64,000 nucleotides of DNA from Albugo candida (Eukaryota): NCBI GenBank assembly GCA_040437565.1, contig JBDOQK010000005.1, positions 558,001-622,000 of the forward strand, in the 5' to 3' direction. The notes under the pieces were generated by a model that was not told the origin of the DNA, ran no database searches, and saw nothing but the letters and a program-made list of their open reading frames with translations. The translations under genes were made by a program, and so were the position numbers. Every line of letters begins with the position of its first letter. Within the stretch, counting starts at the first letter, position 1. Shown one piece after another: positions 28,450-43,400 of this stretch.

Positions 28450-31400
28450 ATGAGGGTATGCATTTTATTTCTGAATCTGCTCGTCGAGAAGCTTCTATTC
28501 CGTCAAACAGCTTATCGCCTGATTTACACCGACGCGAAAGACTTCCATATCTCACCACAAGGTGTTCCAAATCCTCCAGATAAATTATTTGTGCACTCAC
28601 TTAACGAATCGACACTGCTTGTGCAAATCAGTGCACCTACACAGCTAAAGGCTGAAGGAAGCAATGGTGCTCCCATATTAGGCTACCGTATAGAGCTTGC
28701 CGAATCGGTGAACAGCGTTTACTCATTTCTTATAGAGCGCGATCGAAACGTTCTCTCCGGTGCCTATAAATTACAGTTCACGGGCTCTACCGGGACACAA
28801 GAGACTTCATGTATTCAGTGGAACGCCTCGGCACTGGAATTTCAAGTTGCGTTGGAAGAATTGACGTATGTTGATTCAGTATCGGTGAATCGAACATCAT
28901 ATCAATTTGATGATAATAAAAGTGTTTGGGAGTACACTGTTACTTTCGATGAACCCTGCCTGCTGAGCGATAGTCAGCTTCAGTTGCTGCAATCCGTCCA
29001 AGCTGACTGTCAAGCTATAGATCCTCAGGGTCATAAATTCACACTTTCTGTCTCCAATAGTGCAGCAGGCACAGTACCCTCCTTACCTCAAGTCTGGGAA
29101 GTCAGTACCGATGCGAATGGCATTGATTTAATCAATGGTTATTTCGATCTCTCAGTGGGCTTTGATGGATCTTGGAGTGCAATCCCTGGTGTGACAGTGG
29201 AGGTCTATCCAGGTTCCAACATTGCAATCACGAGTGGGTCCTTGATTGGAATCATAAACCGTGGTGACTATGTGAAATTAGGGGAAGAGATTTTTACTGT
29301 ACATCGACATGCTCCATTTACTGACACAAATCTTCCCTTAAATGATTATCACTTGTTTGGTGTGGCGATAGGCGGTACTATATACGCGCTTGATACGGCC
29401 ATTGATAATGTGCGCGTTACCAGTGGCTCCAATTCTATCATTACGGGGAGAGATCTACGAGGTGAACTAACAGTGGATGAATACATCAGGATTGGGCCGA
29501 ACGAGTTCCGCATTATTGGATTTACAGCTGCTACAACGATAACTCTTTCTAACGCATGGAGTGGTCCATCTACTCATCGGATCACTGCGTACAGGAGAAA
29601 GAAAACTCGCGTCAGTGTGACGTCCAGTGCTGATGAATTCAAGGCCGCTTTAGAGAGTCTTCCCGGGGCAGGCGTTGTGGACGTTTCTCGTTATGGACCA
29701 AATAAGAGGAATGAATTTTTATGGCGCATTTCGTTCATGTCGCTCAACACGTTCCAAAACTGCCCGGCATCCCCATGTCTTCATAGTCATACGATGGAAG
29801 GACAAAGCACTTACCTCTTGAAGGATGCATTTGGAAACGTGTGCATAACTTGTCGTGTTATAGCATCTTCACTACAAGAAAGCTCAAATAACATGATTAT
29901 TTCTAGTACAAGTCCAAGCACTCGCGAATTCACCTCTTCTTCGATTGTAGCAACCCGGGAAGTGAATGGATATGTGCATGAAGTTCAGTCGATAATAGTT
30001 TATTCAACACAGGATGATCTTCGAGGTGTTATCTCGGTATATTTTCGGAGTAATTTGCAATTCGCATTCTTGGAGGTGGATGATACAGCAAAAGATGTAC
30101 GCACCAAGTTGGAGCGACTGTCTACTATCGGCCGTGTGAATGTCGAACGCATTGAGCTTGATGGAATAGAGAAGGATGACAGTAAAAAAGCTATGTTTGG
30201 GGTGAAATGGTTGATTACCTTCTTGTCCAATGTCGGAGATCTACCGAGGATGATTATTCAATCTTCTCAGCTGTCGAGTGATAATGCAATCGTGACTATC
30301 AAGGAAGTCATCAGAGGGGTGGCAGCACCAACCGAAATGGTTCTATCAGATTTGAGACAAGACACTAGGTATGCCGTTAGAGGCTATGCACGCAGTATCA
30401 ATGGGTACAGCACAGGAACAGACACTTTACAGAAGAGCGGAAATGGAGTCATTTTATATTACACGACACCTGGAAGATCGCCAGATCCTCCGAGGATCAC
30501 AAACGCATGGCCCATTTCGAAGTCAGAGATCGTTCTCACCTTTAGTCTCAAGGATGATAGTGAATACAGAGTTCAGCGGTATGAGGTGGAGTACGTACCA
30601 ATTCAACATAAAGCTACGGCTGCAGTGAAGAGACTTTATATCAAAAGCACGTTAGAGAACGATCTGAGTGGCCGATTTCGCTTGCAGTACGGGAGATTTT
30701 CAACTCAGATGCTTTCAGTAGAAACAGAGGCAACCGTGATGGAATTTGCACTAAATAAGCTACCCAACTTAAGGCCAGTGTCAGTGTCACGACATGTATT
30801 TATTCTCACCGGAGATCCCTCCAGTTGCGTCACAGGCATAGATCCTAGCTCAAATATACTCCTCACAACTCCGCTTACAGAGAACGAGGTCGAATTACTG
30901 ATTCCGGGCTCCACTATTTTGGTCGGGGGTACCAGCAAGTATGCTGTTGAAAGCAAACCTGCTGTTGGTAGTACTTTTATCTCTATACTTACAGGCTACC
31001 AGAACACGATTGTTGGTCCCCTTTCTGAACTTTTGAGATTCGATGATTCTGGAGGTGCACACGGACCTCACGGTTATCAATGGCTCATTACATTCTCGAA
31101 TGCTGCTGGGAACATAATTGATTCAGAATTCCCTGGGTTTCAAATAGCAAACAACGAACTACGCTACATCCAAAGCGGTACAAAGGTCACTTCTATAGCG
31201 ATAACGAACATGATCACCGGTACTACTGCCGAGCAGTTTGGGATTGTTGAGATGAGTAATGATCTTAGCACGTGCGACACCTACACTATCGGATCACCTT
31301 CTTCCGTACAGTTCCTTCAGTTATTTGCGAGAAGCACTATTACTCAAGGTTCTTTTAAGCTGAGATTTGGTAATGAGATCACTCCAAATTGCATCACCCT

Positions 31401-34400
31401 GGGTCAGAACTTGTACTATATTAAAAGCACCCTACGCCAAGAATTGGAGTCACTACGGCTTATTTCAAGGGTATCAGTAGAGGAAGTGCGGCAATTCAAG
31501 GTGACCGTACTCACAGGATCTTCACTATCGAAAGTCTCTGCTTATACAACAATCGACGGAATTACGGGAACGTTAACGATTGTTTCCACTGGAGCCAACG
31601 GTGGACTTGATGCGAATAAAGCAGCTCAACTTCTTCCGGGTACGATTGTTCAAGTCATTCGAACTAGCAAATCATTCAAGCGACAGATTTGCGAATTTCG
31701 GATTCTCTCTGCTAGCGTTGACACCCAGTCTATCTCGGTGGCTGTTCCAAATAGTGCAAGAGCTTGTGAACCATTTCAGGATGAGGCTCGAGCTCTAAGA
31801 CTTCTTGATTTTAACGATTTCAAAATACGTATATGGGGCTCTTATTCCTATGGAGACTGGCCAACTATATCGATTGTTCCTAGCGAGTTCGGAAGGGGAT
31901 CATGTACTCCATGGGCTCCACCTATTCCCGTTTACAGCAAAGTTCACACAGTCAGGTATGAAGGTTCTTGTACTTCAGGAAGCACAGTTGTACATGCGAT
32001 ATATGTCGATGGATCATCGAGGCTCGGGGGCCTCTTCACTCTAGCCTACTCTGGAAAAGAAAGTGAGCCGCTTGATATGATGGCAACTAGTGAACTTATG
32101 CAAAACGCCATTCAAGAACTGATCCCGAGAAGAAGAGTGCGAGTTGGAAAATTATCGCATGGAGAGTACGGAAAATCCTGGTTGGTAACATTTACAGCTT
32201 TCACTTCAATTAACAAAAATCTCGAATTGGAGGATACACTTTTTATCAAGCAAAGTTCTCTCACGGGGAACAATGCCGCAATTAGCGTATATCCAGTATT
32301 ACAAATTCGCATTGTTGCAATTCGAAATGACATAAGTGGCTCATTCCAGCTAAGTATGAATGGGGAAAAGTCTGAGTCTATCGCTTATCATGCTACAAAC
32401 GCCAAGATTGAACAAGAACTAAAAAAACTGACTTGTATCGATTCTGTTATCGCGCTCGGAAAAGCTATGACGCAAGACCCAGGTGTCTATCCGCTCCAGT
32501 TATCTGCAGATGTATCTAATACCAATATTGTACAAAATATTCGAGTAGAGAATCTGCTGATCAACCCATCGCTTTACTTGGCTTATCAAGAAGTCATACT
32601 GATCAATCAACAAGCTTATCGCATACAAGAAATCTCAGAGGAGGACATCACGCTAGATCGAGTGGTCCCATTCACTGCAGCAGGTACTCTACTTCAGGCC
32701 GGTACGATCACAAAGACAATCACAGAGGCCCCTGGGCATATTCGGCTTCGCCAAACTGGTCGTATTTTTAATGCACGTCAGCATAGCTCTGACGTAGAGC
32801 TATCTATGAATCATAACGTCGCAGTTGGAAGTACGATATATATATTTGGCGTAGCGTACACTGCTACTTCAGTAAACGGAAGACGTATCACCATTTCCCC
32901 TTCTTTTGATGGTCAAGATATTATTTCCGGCACACCAGAGACGCATTGTTTTGATAACATATTACACACAAGTAAAAGCCTTGTCGGATTGATTCAATCT
33001 GGTGACTACTTGTGGATTGCAAACGGTCCGCAAAGAAATGATGATGATGTGGATAGCTTCACAAATAATGGAGACCTCTTGCGCTACACTGTTCAGACCG
33101 TGGAAAGCAACAGAGTCTTGGTCAATGGAATCTTCACAATTAGTTTTTGGAGAAGAAAAGCATACATCAAAAGCTTTGGGCAGCAGTGGTCGCTCGCTTT
33201 TCGATCTTACACAGGAAACCTGGAGACTCTGTCCGTTATCCCAGGTTTTGACTTTCGTGGCACCGACGTCCGAATAAGTTTTAGCCATTTCAACCATGTT
33301 CCTGCGAACTCTGTTAGGCTTGGAAATCCTACAATCATTAGAAGAATTCATTTAGAGGCCGCATCAAGCGCATGCACTACTTCCAATGCACCGTATGAAA
33401 TGACAGTAGGATACCAGCGAGCAAGTTTCAGATGGACTGATAGTGGAGCATCAATCCAATTAGCATTGAGTCAATTCGATGGGATCGATCAGATCGATGT
33501 GACAACGATGATCGTGGGAGGTGGCTTCTTGCACACCATCAAGCTTTGGGGTACATATACAGAGCACTTTGTGGCTGATATGAAAGGCTTTATGGCAAAT
33601 CCATCTCTTTATCCGGCTTGCACAATTTCTATAATGCGAAACAGCGCTGCAGGAACCAGTGAAGAAAATTTGATTCTCAGCCCGGATCAGACGTATAAGA
33701 TGCAAGTATATGCTCATAATCGCTTCGGATACAGTAAAAGCTCTTTGCCGATTTCTACAGAGCAACTTAATAGAGTTTCCATCGCTCCTTCACCTCCTAC
33801 CGAGGTATTTCTTGGAGAGTTTCACGGTAGTACATGGTTGTCAGTTCATTATCGGCCTCCAATCTATGATGGCGGGGCACCGGTGACAATGTACCGCATC
33901 GAATGGGACTCAAGTAAATTTTTCACAAGTACGAGCTCTGATTACAATGTGAAGACAATACGAAAGGCTGCTGGGATTCAATTGTTGAAGCTAAGCTTTC
34001 GCAGCAATATCGGACGTGGAGGTACCTTCACGCTGTCCTTTGGAGCTCACAAAACCCACCAATTGCCATTTGATTGTTCTCCGCAAATGATGGCCAACGC
34101 GCTCGATATACTGACTGATAATTCTAATATTGAAGTAAAGCCCTTCAAAGTCACCCGATTAGCCATCTCTTGGGGTTATGAGTGGTCAATCACATTTCCC
34201 GACGTATATGGCGACGCTGCTCTTCTTCATGCTGATGACTCCTTGCTGAGCGGCGATTTTCCAATTCTCAAGGTAACAGAAGTCATCAAAGGATTGCAGG
34301 ATATAGCAATCGATTCCTTCACGCGAGCGGTGCAAGAAGTTATCACCGATGCAAAGTCCGTGCTGTCCGGTAGCTTCATTCTTTCGTTCGATGGTCAGTC

Positions 34401-37400
34401 AACTCCTCCGATCCCGGTGACAGTATCGGCTATGGAAATGCAAACAATATTACTGAAGACAACTACTTTCTATTCAATCAAAGTCACAAAAAAAAAGATT
34501 AACTCGGCTCTGAATACCGCTATCTGGTCTTTGACATTCGCCAACTTACGTGGGGAGGAGGCTGTCGGCGCTGGAAGTATATTGAGAATGCAAGTGATGG
34601 ACACAAGCCAGCTAGTTGGAACGGCAGCCAGTGTATCTGTTTTTGAAAAAATCAAAGGTACCGATCCGTATCGAGTTGAGCTAAAAGGACTCCAACAAAA
34701 TAGGCGGTATCACATGCATGCTACTGCTTACAATGAATACGGTTTTGGATCAGCAAGATCGTCATTATCCACTGCAGTCACATGCACCAAACCAGATGCA
34801 CCTTCAGGTTTAACAGTCTTCGTTGTTGACGGCACAACATTGGGGGTCACTTGGTCACGTACTGATACAAAGAACAACAGCGATTCTGTCTGTTCTATCG
34901 ATCGATATAAAATTGAATGGTTTCGCTCCCCGGGAACGCATGAAGAACAGACTATAACTACGTCTGCCAAGGCAGGTCTATACGAGATTCAGAAGGTATG
35001 GAACTTCGCTGACTCTCTCAGCCTGACAGGGTATTTTAAGCTCGGTTTTGATGGAGTATATACGGATAATATTGCATGGAATGCCCCTGCACAAGGCTTA
35101 GATTCTGTGAGGGCAAAACTTGAACGACTTCAAAATATAGGTACAGTAGTCGTGAATCGAAAGCCATCACTGCGCGTCATCAGCGGATTGATGGTGATAT
35201 CCAGTGGAGGATCATCTGTTTTGCAGCGAGATGCTGCATCATCCTCGAAAACGCTGGCGCAGTTGCAGGGTCAAGAAATTAATGTGGGTGACAAGATATG
35301 GGTTCTTGGAAAAATGTTTTCAGTCATGTCTTTGGATGTCTCACAGGGTACACTCACTATTGATTCTCCATCATTGGAGATCAGCGTGCCTGTACCTGTG
35401 TTTAGAAGTGCATTTGGGTATAATTGGCTCATCACATTCACTTCAGGTCATGTGGGGCCTCAGCCACTACTGGAGGCGGTACCGGGAGACAACTGGGGAG
35501 GTGATAATTCTGGTATAGCTACTAAACTTATATCGAACGGGGTAAGCCCGATAAGTGGTACCTTTCGGGTTGGTTACGCCACACTCTGGACCTATCCGAT
35601 ATCGTATGATGCAACCGCGCTTGAATTGAAGGAAGCTTTGGAAACACTCAAATCAAGTAGTCCAGTTCAGGTAACCAGGCTGCGGAACGGTTATGGATAC
35701 AATTGGGTGGTGACATTTATTGATGCTCCTAATGNNNNNNNNNNNNNNNNNNNNNNNNNNNNNNNNNNNNNNNNNNNNNNNNNNNNNNNNNNNNNNNNNN
35801 NNNNNNNNNNNNNNNNNNNNNNNNNNNNNNNNNNATGAAGAACAGACTATAACTACGTCTGCCAAGGCAGGTCTATACGAGATTCAGAAGGTATGGAACT
35901 TCGCTGACTCTCTCAGCCTGACAGGGTATTTTAAGCTCGGTTTTGATGGAGTATATACGGATAATATTGCATGGAATGCCCCTGCACAAGGCTTAGATTC
36001 TGTGAGGGCAAAACTTGAACGACTTCAAAATATAGGTACAGTAGTCGTGAATCGAAAGCCATCACTGCGCGTCATCAGCGGATTGATGGTGATATCCAGT
36101 GGAGGATCATCTGTTTTGCAGCGAGATGCTGCATCATCCTCGAAAACGCTGGCGCAGTTGCAGGGTCAAGAAATTAATGTGGGTGACAAGATATGGGTTC
36201 TTGGAAAAATGTTTTCAGTCATGTCTTTGGATGTCTCACAGGGTACACTCACTATTGATTCTCCATCATTGGAGATCAGCGTGCCTGTACCTGTGTTTAG
36301 AAGTGCATTTGGGTATAATTGGCTCATCACATTCACTTCAGGTCATGTGGGGCCTCAGCCACTACTGGAGGCGGTACCGGGAGACAACTGGGGAGGTGAT
36401 AATTCTGGTATAGCTACTAAACTTATATCGAACGGGGTAAGCCCGATAAGTGGTACCTTTCGGGTTGGTTACGCCACACTCTGGACCTATCCGATATCGT
36501 ATGATGCAACCGCGCTTGAATTGAAGGAAGCTTTGGAAACACTCAAATCAAGTAGTCCAGTTCAGGTAACCAGGCTGCGGAACGGTTATGGATACAATTG
36601 GGTGGTGACATTTATTGATGCTCCTAATGACGTATCGTTGCTAAATGTTGATGGCACAGAACTTCAGGGACCAAGTGTGAAGATACTGAGCACAAGAACG
36701 AGACCGGGCGTACAACCACATATGTACTGCGAAATCGACGGTGCGCCCGGGCAACCCAAAACTATTGATTTGCCCGCCTCAACTCAGGTTGATATCACAA
36801 GACTGACCACTGGCATACCTTACAACGTACGTGTTCGAGCGCACAATATTAATGGATTTGGGCTTGCGGCATATCCCAGCAATGTGGCAGCAGTGACTCC
36901 GCAACAGAACCCAGGCCAGCCACAAAATCTGCGAGTGATAATTCTATCAAGTCGACTCATCAAAGCGGTTTGGGATTCTCCAATGTCAACAGGAGGAGCT
37001 GTTATCATAGCATACCTTGTTCAATGGGACACTTCTTCATCCTTCATCAGCACGAGGTCTCCAAATTTTGATATGCAGTACAGGCTGACAGCTGCATCCG
37101 GAGATTTGGGCCCATATTATTACGATATTCCAATACTGACCGACCCAGGACAGCCTTATCATGTCCGCGTATATGCGATTAATGTGAATGGGAGGGGCGA
37201 ACCCATCACCAATACTCAAGGAGTGTATCCCATTGATTGTCTACCAGGACGACCAGAGAAAGTTGTAGCCACGGCTATATCGAGCACATCGATATTGATC
37301 AATTGGTCAGCACCAAGCGCCAAGCATCCTTACTTTGGAGGGGATGGGGGACTTCCAATAACACAATACATGGTCGAATGGGACACAAGCATCAATTTTG

Positions 37401-40400
37401 ACTCACCAGCTTCATTCATGCTTTTGAATGGTACCCAGCTATCATATTTGATCGGACAGGATGCCTACTCCACTAGTGGAATTTATCAAAATCATCTGGT
37501 ACCAGATAACACATACTATATCCGTGTTGCTGCATTGAATACATTAGGTGCAGGTGCTGCACAATCGTCATCTCCACCTGCCATTCTTGCTGCAGCTCAG
37601 CCACCAAGTGAACCTGAGAACTTGAGACTTGATGTTTTAAATGATTCTTCACTGATTGTGAAGTGGGATGAACCTTTGTATAATGGAGGATCGCCGTTGC
37701 AAAGTTACACAATTGAGTGGGATGATCTTGAAAATATAACGTCGGGAGTTTCAGATACAGCTTCGATATCAGTGGTTCATGAAGTGCAGGCTGTACAAAT
37801 CGAGTCCAAAGTCGAGAGTGCTGAGCAGTACATTGAAGCAACGGTCGAAGTAGTAAATGAGCGACAAGTGGTACGCACCCAGTTTTCTGGTGAGGACGAA
37901 GTTCAGGTCATAAAAGTAGATGGTAGTGTCGTGATACCGGAGATACAAACCTTTAGGACTTATACGACTGACATTGATCAAGAAGAGCAACTTCGAGTGG
38001 ATGCCAAGGATTATGATGAGATCCAATCTATTCGGACGACAATACCGGAGAAGTTTGACGTGCAACGGGTCAATGTTGAGATCATTCCTAGTCCAGAGAT
38101 CCAGACTATTACGATGACATTCACTGGAGGCAATGGAAACATGAATGCGTTAACCGGATCATTTATTTTGACATTTGATGCGAGACAGTGCACTTTTTGC
38201 AATGGGAAAACTCTAGGTCCGCAGTCAACCAGCAACTTGTTGACTTCACTTAGTGAAACCGATGATGCACAAGCATCTCAACTAATTTCGGACGCTTTGA
38301 ATGCTCTGAATAACATTCGTGCAGGTGGGGTATTTGTATCGAGAACTTCTCAACCAGGCTCCAATGCTGCCGACATGGTTTACGTCTACTCTATTACATT
38401 TACGGGATCATGGGTAGCTGGAGATGTGCCATTGCTGGTAGTAACAAACACAATTGCAAGTGGGCAAATTCCTAGCGCATTTATTGAGGCTTCCAAGGGT
38501 CGAGATTTTTCATATGATTCGAGCTCCACTCTGAGTCTACAGTATATCTGCGAGCCGTATAGTGACCCATACGCACCAAACTATCGAAAGTCTTCAGTGT
38601 GTGATTTAGGTGCATTGCTGTGCTCAGGCTGCATTCAGTCATTTGATGGTGCTACATTTACTGGAATCAATCTTGATCAAGCAGGGTCAATTAACCAAAA
38701 CGATATGCTAACGATCGGAAATTGCGTTGTTCAGGTCAGTTCAGTGACATCTTCACAACTCAGTGTTGTAGCGCATCCATTCTCAAGATCATGTAGCCCT
38801 TTTGTGGCTGCGTCACATGATATACATCGTACACAACGATCATCCGTTTCATTACAAGTCATGAGACAAGCGTATACGTTGGCCTTGGAGAGCGATATGC
38901 AGACTTTATTGAATAACGTGGTTGACTCAGTCAGCATAAGGCGAACATCCTCGATTACTATAACATCCATGAAAGTCTCTTATGAAATTACATTTCTACA
39001 GCGAACGGGAACCATACCATTGCTAATATGCGGTAACAACTTGAAGCTGAATGACGGCTCGAGTTTTAGTAGTTGTTCTGTCGAGAGAATTTCAACTGGA
39101 AGCATGATAGGTGGATCATTCAAACTTTCGCTTCCAGCCATTACTGATCCAGCTCAGGCCAGCCTCGCGAGCCCTGCAATACCTTGGGATGCAACTGCTA
39201 GTGACATAAAGCGTATTTTGGAAGGCGTTTATTATCAGCAAGAGCAGGTCTTTGGGACACTTGATGTAAATCGAGTAATTTATTCTCCTACAGGGAGCAA
39301 GTGGAGCGGAGGTTTCACTTGGATCATCACGTTTAGCAAACGTGGCTGGGATATACCAAAAATGATAGTAAACAACGATCTTGTTGCAGCCGATGGATCA
39401 ACGCCGATCGGCATTCTCGTTGAAGACGGTAATAATCCATTTCCGTCTTTTCCAACCGGATCGAGCAGAGATGGAAATCAGATTACTGGATCAATGCGAT
39501 TTCGCTTTGGTAGCACCACTTCCATTCCGTGTATCATTGGAATACATACCTCACTTGATAGTTTGACAGAAAATATCATTGACACGAAACTTCGCGACTT
39601 TATTCTCAATCAGTTTCCTACATTGATCGATAGAATCATTATCACAAGATCTGCAGCAACTCAAGCAAGAGGCTTTACATGGACCATGACTTTCAATGGT
39701 GATCTTAATGGTGGGCTTGTGAGGAGGTTTGAGATAGAGTCATCCCTGCAAGAGAGCCCAGCTGCCGTTCCTCGATCTACCAATGCGTATATCGTAGTGA
39801 CGAAACCGGGAAACGAACTTGGTGGGGAGTTTAGGTTGCAGTGGATGGGATCTCTAACTAATTCCCTACCATATAATGCTGACGCTTCGCTGGTCGAGCA
39901 GGAACTGAATTCACTTACAAGCATCCGACCTTCCCGTGTTTCAGTGAGTCGATCGATAGAGGACAGTCAAATAAAAACGTATTCCTGGTCAGTCACGTTC
40001 ACATCAAATGTCTGGATGGACCCGACTTCAGACCATTCAAGTTATAATGCAGGAAACTGGATAGGTCCACGGTCTAATTGGGAAGACGTATGGCCAGAGA
40101 CCGGATACTCAAAAGCGTGGGGTCGTCAAGTAGGTCCTTTATCATCGAAGAACATGTTGCTAACCTGTCATGCAAATGGACTTTGGACAACAAATGAAAT
40201 GAGCTCGAAAAGCTGTATCCTCGCTGTATATCAGCAAGGAACTGCACCACTTAGTGGGTATTTCACTTTGCGAGTCCCCAGTGGATCAAGTATGTCACAC
40301 GGCCAAGCCGAAACTTCTCCAAATATCCCGCATAATGCCAGAGCTAATAGACGTGAGTCGGGGATAACGGGGACTTCTTTGGAGGAAATACTGGAAAGTT

Positions 40401-43400
40401 TACCCAACATCGGAGATGTTGACGTGTCGCTAAATTCTTTCAATACGCAAACAGGTGGGAGCTCATGGTCAGTGACATTTTTAAGAGATGCCTATCGGCC
40501 TTGTGAGCAACTCGAGGACAGTGATGAAGATGAGGCTGAAAACATTTATGACCCCTTTTCTTTACCCTCTGACGTGGACCCAAATGTAAAGCGCTGTAAT
40601 AGTCCGGGAGATGTTCCTGCTATGGTCATTGATACAAACGGACTCAAAGGCACGAATCCGATTGGCGTTGTCTGTGAGGCGTCCATCAATGCGGCTATTC
40701 CCAGTTCGTATTGCACACCTTTCCTTCAACTTATAGAAAATGGTCAAGTGCTGCGCGGCTTCTTCTCATTNNNNNNNNNNNNNNNNNNNNNNNNNNNNNN
40801 NNNNNNNNNNNNNNNNNNNNNNNNNNNNNNNNNNNNNNNNNNNNNNNNNNNNNNNNNNNNNNNNNNNNNNGATGTTGACGTGTCGCTAAATTCTTTCAAT
40901 ACGCAAACAGGTGGGAGCTCATGGTCAGTGACATTTTTAAGAGATGCCTATCGGCCTTGTGAGCAACTCGAGGACAGTGATGAAGATGAGGCTGAAAACA
41001 TTTATGACCCCTTTTCTTTACCCTCTGACGTGGACCCAAATGTAAAGCGCTGTAATAGTCCGGGAGATGTTCCTGCTATGGTCATTGATACAAACGGACT
41101 CAAAGGCACGAATCCGATTGGCGTTGTCTGTGAGGCGTCCATCAATGCGGCTATTCCCAGTTCGTATTGCACACCTTTCCTTCAACTTATAGAAAATGGT
41201 CAAGTGCTGCGCGGCTTCTTCTCATTTTTTCAAGTGCAAGGAGATCCTGGTTTCAGTCAGCGATTTCAGTTGAAACTGTATTGTCCGAACCCTCCATGTT
41301 CCGCGATTGATCGCTTCGAAATTCCGGCAGGAAATGAGTTCCTTGTTGATAGAGTGAGTACAGGAGATCGTTTCACCCTTGCTTCATTCGATTCTTGTAC
41401 TTTCATAATTACAGCCATTGTTCCAGGCGCTGCACCACAGATACATGTTTATCCGAACGTGTGTGCAGGGCTTACTTCTACAGCACCATTGCCAATGAAT
41501 CTACTGGTCCCATGGAATGCCACAGCCGCTATGGTAGAAAATGTTTTAGAAAGCTCTTCAGATCAGTCTCTTGAGCAAGGTATATGGAATCAAGGTCGTC
41601 AAGTGCTAGTCGATCGTAAAATTCATGGAAAATATGGCGAAGCTACATGGACAATTCGCTTTATTGCAAATCCTCTCATTACTCCCCCAGGGGCTGGAAA
41701 TGTGGCGCCAATAGAAGTTATCTTTGCTCCTAGTAGCTTCTCGTACAGCCCTCAGTATATCTCGATCACACAGACTATGGAAGGTTCGGCAGCATTGGCA
41801 GGATCATTTACAGTGGACTTTCATTCAGCAATCGGAGAACGAGAAGTTAGTTTTGACGAAGACCCAAAACGACTAGAAGCAAAATTGAATGAGATGAATA
41901 CAGTGGGCAGAGTTTTGGTCAAACGAGTGCCTTATCCATCTTCACTTACAGGGTGCGTTAATGACACATGTGCGGGAGGATGGGAAGATCGGCCCGTTAT
42001 GGTAGATGGTAGACGTGGTGGTTATCGATGGAAAATTCGATTTTTGCACTCAATTGGCGAGTATAGAGGCAGAACGTTCCCTCCTGGTAGCGGAAAGGTT
42101 GTGCCATTGACAGTGAAGCTTCACAATTTACAAGGACAAGGTAAGCAGGTTGAAGTAAAGAACAGTAAGATCGGATCACTTCCTATTCTTGAGAATTTTG
42201 TTTTTAAAGCTGGATCGGTTCAGAGTCCCTCGATACCATACGACGCAGATGCAAGCACTATCAAGCAGGCAATCGAATCTATGAATATATTTGGGGAGGT
42301 TGATGTATATCACAAAGCATTACTGGCACAAGAGATTCCTGGCGCTTTTGCTACACTGAAGAAGGATGGGACTATCGTTACCATATCAGGAACAAGCAGT
42401 TTCGATATAATGGAACACTTGACTCCAGGAGACCTCGTAAGATTTGGACCGACTGGTGCAACCTCGCTTCTTCCAGGAACTAACGGTGAAAGTCCGCTGA
42501 CTGGTGCTGAGCATTCGTCGAGGGTTCTTGTGAGGCCACAGTCTCCCATTGTAAGAACAAAGGACGAAGTAACATCGAGGTTATATCCAGGAATGTCTCT
42601 TCGAATTGATGGAGGAGTTTACAAAGTAAAGCGCACTGGCTCGGAGGTTCAGACTATAACTGTGAATGCTCCAATCTCGACCTTCAACGCAAATCTCAAT
42701 ACAAATGCTGGTCTTTACGCATTGATTCTCAAAAGGAGTGCGAAAATGGCGACGTCGAACTGTATTCCATACGATGCAACAGCATCCATGCTGCAAGGTA
42801 CACTGAATCTTCTCCTAAATCAAATAAACTCTACGTCTGGAAGCAGTCAGATTCGAGTCACTCGTACTGGTCCTCTTTCCCTCTCCAACAATGCTAATAG
42901 AGGATTCCAATATTATATTTACTTCCTAGGAGATTCCGTCAAGGGCGACGTTGCTCTTCTTACGTCTACATTTTCACCATGTGCAAGCACCGCAGTGATT
43001 CCAGACGTCGTTGTAGATACCGTAGAACACGGTGGGGAGATTTCGAGACAACTTATCACTTTCGCGACCGATTCTGGTCGCATTATTGATTCATTGGGGT
43101 ACTTTCGTCTCAAACAGGGCAGTGCAGTAACTCCTTGCCTTAGATGGGGAATCACAGCTCTCGAATTGGAGGCAGCCGCAGAGCTTCATTTGGGAACTGG
43201 AGATCTTCTTGTATCAAGGAACGGAAGTGGCGCTTCTATCACTGAAATACAGAAACTCAAAGTATCATCCAATATCCCTATCACATCGGGAACACTCGAT
43301 TCACTTTTCCGAATTGAATGGGAACTTAACAATGAGAGGGTGTGGACATCAAGCTGCCTTAGTTATGGCATTAGTGCTCGAGACCTGCAAGTTGCCCTCA

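Noticed and set aside
29260-29268. RGD integrin-type motif
   Set aside because: It falls at the conserved GD position of the small barrel module and is expected by chance in 7,500 aa.
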